DNA of 64,000 nucleotides from Clostridia bacterium (GTDB lineage Bacteria; Bacillota; Clostridia; RGIG6154): NCBI GenBank assembly GCA_017410375.1, contig JAFQQW010000051.1, positions 102,733 to 166,732 of the forward strand, read 5' to 3'. Shown piece by piece: positions 60,766 to 64,000 of this stretch (position 1 is its first letter; each line of letters starts with the position of its first letter). The notes under the pieces were generated by a model. It saw only the letters and a program-made list of their open reading frames with translations, ran no database searches and was not told where the DNA came from. The position numbers and the translations under genes were made by a program.

Positions 60766-63700
60766 TTATTTTGTAAACAGAACCGCACCTTCATACACAT
60801 AAGTATCTTTACCGTCCACTTCTTTCTGCCTATATTTATTGCAAAAATCTTCAATTGTTAATGTACGTATCTTTTGTCCATCTGACTCCGTAAAGTAAAC
60901 TACTCCATCAATAACAGCATACACTAGCAACGTATGTCCGTACTTCTGTCCCCCTGTCTCGCTTTTCGATCCTTTCTGAAATCCTAGTGCTAAAAGAGTA
61001 AGTGTTCCTGAGTCATTTGACTTGTCCATGTATTCTATTATTTCGCTTAAAGAATATTCATTGACTGAAAAAGCCGTAACACTATACCCTCCGCTTGTTT
61101 CCTGCATAGCACTATATTTATCAAATGTATCTTTACCATGCGCACCATCATACGTTTTGATCACACCAATAGCCTGAAGCTGTCTTCCGACACAAGCACC
61201 ACATTTCCCATTAAAATTATTAACCTTTGCCAATTTCATTGCTTCGCCGTACATATCTTCCATAAATTCTTTCAATTCTGCTTCCGTCCATGTTTTACCG
61301 ATAAGTTCCGGTACATTCGTATCTTTTTCACTTGCATTATACACAATCTGACAAACGTCGGCACGGGTTGCGTGGAAGTCATAGTATGCAGAATATGTAA
61401 AAGTTCTTCCGGCAACTTTGGTATTGTCAAAGAGTTCTTTTTCAATCATAACCCTTACATAGCCATCCGGCCATCCGCCTAAGTTCTTTGCTTCACTTTC
61501 CCACCCCTTTAAAATGGAAACAATTTTTGCCATTTGCTGATAGGTAACCGTTTCATCGGGCGCAAAATGTGTTGCGCTCACACCATTAACCAATCCTTTA
61601 GAAGAGCAAATCTGGATATACGGCTTTGCCCAATGATTTTTAGAATCATCAAAATCTTGTCCGTTACCGTTTTTGCTTAAACCAAATGCTTCACAAATAA
61701 TTTTTACAAATTCGCCTCGTGTAACCGCATTTTCCGGTCTGAAAGTACCATCCTCGTATCCGCTAAGCACACCAGACTCAGACAACGCTTTGATTGCGGT
61801 GTAATTCTTATGTGTTTTCGGCACATCAGGATATACGCCTGCCTCCTTATAAACAGAAAAGTCTTTTTGGAACGCTGTGTACGATTCCCCTTCGGTATCT
61901 GTCACTTGTACGGTTAAAGTGTATGTACCAACGCCCAGATTTTCTTTATTTATCGTACTCTGCGCTTCCGAAACGTCAAAACGCTCACTGTCTACATTTT
62001 TGTCTGTATATTTTGCATACACATCACTTGTATCAGCTACATCAGTGATTGTAACTACTGCAGTCTGAATAGGATACGCCGACCCTACAACACCGGAAAT
62101 TTCGATTTTTTCACCTAAGGGAATTCTGTCTGCCAGCATAATTTTCTCTACGACAGAGAAGCCGGACGCTACTTTTTTCTCTTGCTTTATCTTTCCGCTT
62201 TCTTCTTCAAAAACCTTTCCGTTATCATCCAGGAGCTGAGCGTAATATGTATATTCTTCCGAATCACCGAGTTCAAATTCTACCGACCCGCTTAGCTTAC
62301 TGCTATATGCACGGTCTACAAATTCGCCGTTCGCGTCATACAAATCAATCTGAAATGTTGTGAAAGCATCATTAGAAAGTGTGTATTTAATGACCAACGT
62401 ACCATTGTTGACAGAAGCTTTCACTGACTGTATTTCTGCCGGTTCTTCTTTCGGTTCATCTTTCTCGATTTCATAAACTAAGGTTTCTGTAGCGCTGTCT
62501 ATTACATTGTCCTCTGCATCAAACAGCTGAATACTTACAGAATATTTTCCTTCTTCACGATTCTGCAGGCTTAGCAAAACAGCATCAGAAATTTTCGTGT
62601 ATTTGTCATTATGAATGGTGTTCCCATCCGCAGACTTTACACGGATTCTAACATAGGAGTATGCACCATCATCCAATTCATAACGCATTTCAATAGACTC
62701 TTCATCGAACATCGAAATTTTTGTATTTTTAAAAGAGGCTGGCTCTTCTTCCGGCTCCGGTTCTTCGGGTATTTCAGGTTCTTCGGGTATTTCAGGTTCT
62801 TCGGGTATTTCAGGTTCTTCGGGTTCTTCGGGCAATTCTTCTACCGAAAATGTAATTGTATCACCTATGCCGATTTTTTCTTTTCTCTCATCCGCATACG
62901 TTCCAAGCCATAATTTATAACTGTGTCCCGGTGTTAAATCATCCGCATCAACCGTGTATGAAGCTTGATTTATATCTTTGCGTTCAAAAACAAGGTCGTT
63001 TGTTGTCGTATCGCGTAACGTAATGCTATACCATGTATCCAGATTTTCCCATTTGAATGTAATATCGGTATTTGCAGGCAAAACCGCTTCGTTTTCCGGA
63101 GTGGTAATGGATGCTTCCTCTAACTCTGCCGCATTGACAAGCACAGTCACAGAATTTCCTTTTCCTACTGCATCGCTCAGATTCTTGCTTGTGTATGTAC
63201 CAATCCAGATTGTGTATTTTTCTTCATAATCCAACGTATACGCCGGTATGTTATATGTGCGCGACGATATAATTTCGTTTTGCGTGATATATTCACCGGT
63301 TTTTGCATTCTTTATCGTGATGCGATGCACCAGATCTGCATTGAAATCATTGATTCGGACAGCAATTGTTTTTGTTGAATCTACCCAATCTCCATCATCT
63401 ATATTCGCGAAGCTTGCTTCTTCAATGCATTCTTTTTTAGGTTTGGTGCAGAAAATAATACTGCTACCCGGACCGATTGCTTCACCGTTTTCAAAGGTGC
63501 CTACCCACACTTTATATTTTTCTTCAAATCCAAATGTGCCGGCTTTAATTGTATATGATGTCCCACTCACTGGTTTGTTGCGAATAACATCTTTATTTTC
63601 GCCAACATTAACAATAGTGATTTTGCACGTCTGTCCCGATGCAGGTTTAGACCACTTTATAACGATATCGTCGTTATATGGGTCAAGCCATTGTCCGTCA

Positions 63701-63798
63701 GACGGGCTTGTAATTCTTACTTCGCCTGCTGCATATATGCCGGTGGTTAATCCAATCAGCATACACACAACCAAAAGTAGTGCCGTGATTTTTTTCAT
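60766..63798 (-). CDS. Large S-layer-associated surface protein: Fn3/Ig-like repeats, PE-rich linker, SLH domains, C-terminal Cys/His putative papain-fold peptidase domain
   Basis: Signal peptide; three ~100-aa repeats; PEEPEIPEEPEIPEE linker; YPDVPKTHKNYTAIKAL...TRGEF SLH motif; GKCGACVGRQ ... YGHTLLVYAV. Confidence 0.65.
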   Translation of the reverse strand: MKKITALLLVVCMLIGLTTGIYAAGEVRITSPSDGQWLDPYNDDIVIKWSKPASGQTCKITIVNVGENKDVIRNKPVSGTSYTIKAGTFGFEEKYKVWVGTFENGEAIGPGSSIIFCTKPKKECIEEASFANIDDGDWVDSTKTIAVRINDFNADLVHRITIKNAKTGEYITQNEIISSRTYNIPAYTLDYEEKYTIWIGTYTSKNLSDAVGKGNSVTVLVNAAELEEASITTPENEAVLPANTDITFKWENLDTWYSITLRDTTTNDLVFERKDINQASYTVDADDLTPGHSYKLWLGTYADERKEKIGIGDTITFSVEELPEEPEEPEIPEEPEIPEEPEIPEEPEPEEEPASFKNTKISMFDEESIEMRYELDDGAYSYVRIRVKSADGNTIHNDKYTKISDAVLLSLQNREEGKYSVSIQLFDAEDNVIDSATETLVYEIEKDEPKEEPAEIQSVKASVNNGTLVIKYTLSNDAFTTFQIDLYDANGEFVDRAYSSKLSGSVEFELGDSEEYTYYAQLLDDNGKVFEEESGKIKQEKKVASGFSVVEKIMLADRIPLGEKIEISGVVGSAYPIQTAVVTITDVADTSDVYAKYTDKNVDSERFDVSEAQSTINKENLGVGTYTLTVQVTDTEGESYTAFQKDFSVYKEAGVYPDVPKTHKNYTAIKALSESGVLSGYEDGTFRPENAVTRGEFVKIICEAFGLSKNGNGQDFDDSKNHWAKPYIQICSSKGLVNGVSATHFAPDETVTYQQMAKIVSILKGWESEAKNLGGWPDGYVRVMIEKELFDNTKVAGRTFTYSAYYDFHATRADVCQIVYNASEKDTNVPELIGKTWTEAELKEFMEDMYGEAMKLAKVNNFNGKCGACVGRQLQAIGVIKTYDGAHGKDTFDKYSAMQETSGGYSVTAFSVNEYSLSEIIEYMDKSNDSGTLTLLALGFQKGSKSETGGQKYGHTLLVYAVIDGVVYFTESDGQKIRTLTIEDFCNKYRQKEVDGKDTYVYEGAVLFTK
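62743..62833. repeat. In-frame 18-bp tandem repeat (ttcttcgggtatttcagg x3 plus a partial unit) encoding the PEEPEI linker
   Basis: Three perfect units at 62761, 62779 and 62797. Confidence 0.8.
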
Positions 63799-63927
63799 TT
63801 TTCGTTACCTCCTTTAAATTAAAATTATTGTAACACATAAAATGACTTGTGTCAATAGCGTTACGATATTTTCACAAGGTTTAACAAATGTGGCTAATAA
63901 TCTATAATATATAGAGAGGTGATAAGG

Positions 63928-64000
63928 ATGAAGCTGGAGTACAAAAGTCTATACGAAAAATTTGGACTTAACGTGGTGTATTACAGAAAAAGAAAAAAAC
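63928..64000 (+). CDS. 5' end of an unknown gene (MKLEYKSLYEKFGLNVVYYRKRKK...), truncated by the window end
   Basis: RBS AGAGAGGTGA 8 nt upstream of ATG. Confidence 0.4.
   Translation, partial: MKLEYKSLYEKFGLNVVYYRKRKK

Overview
Firmicutes/Clostridia-type chromosomal segment. The gene order tig-clpP-clpX and yabP-yabQ-divIC-yabR, plus SpoVB-like, GerMN and SpoIID-like sporulation proteins, support this. The GC content is moderate and the RBS motifs are AGGAGG-like. The window splits into two parts.

(1) An accessory left part, about 1-29.9 kb.
- A minus-strand operon (10121 down to 733) encodes a 1144-aa secreted protein with three CBM-like repeats, a 1827-aa Sec-dependent RHS/YD-repeat (WapA-like) polymorphic toxin with a glycine-rich C-terminal toxin domain, and a small 2-TM putative immunity protein.
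- A roughly 560-bp, 92-95% identical internal RHS fragment and a bidirectional terminator follow it. The whole cassette is bracketed by 30-bp imperfect direct repeats.
- Next comes a roughly 19-kb block of giant secreted glycan-enzyme-like proteins. The 1798-aa and 1666-aa proteins are paralogues sharing an uncharacterized ~850-aa core. The block also holds a 768-aa secreted protein, a creatininase-family protein, a Gfo/Idh/MocA oxidoreductase, an AraC regulator, a BNR sialidase-like protein and decayed oxidoreductase/AraC remnants.
- This block is bracketed by two roughly 290-bp direct-repeat copies. Each copy holds 20-bp phased iteron-like arrays and two hairpin terminators. The second copy abuts a tRNA-Gly/Arg/His cluster.

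(2) A core right part. It encodes an MBL hydrolase, clpX, clpP, trigger factor with an unusual KT-rich tail, thrC, truA, the yab sporulation/division cluster, HU, mazG and a MOP flippase. It continues with a probably catalytically dead PBP5-like protein, an OmpR/HK two-component system plus a GerMN lipoprotein, a GH16 laminarinase, polysaccharide deacetylase and a SpoIID-domain protein. The last genes are fucU translationally coupled to addBA, and two SLH-domain surface proteins.

No CRISPR, rRNA, integrase or transposase genes were seen.
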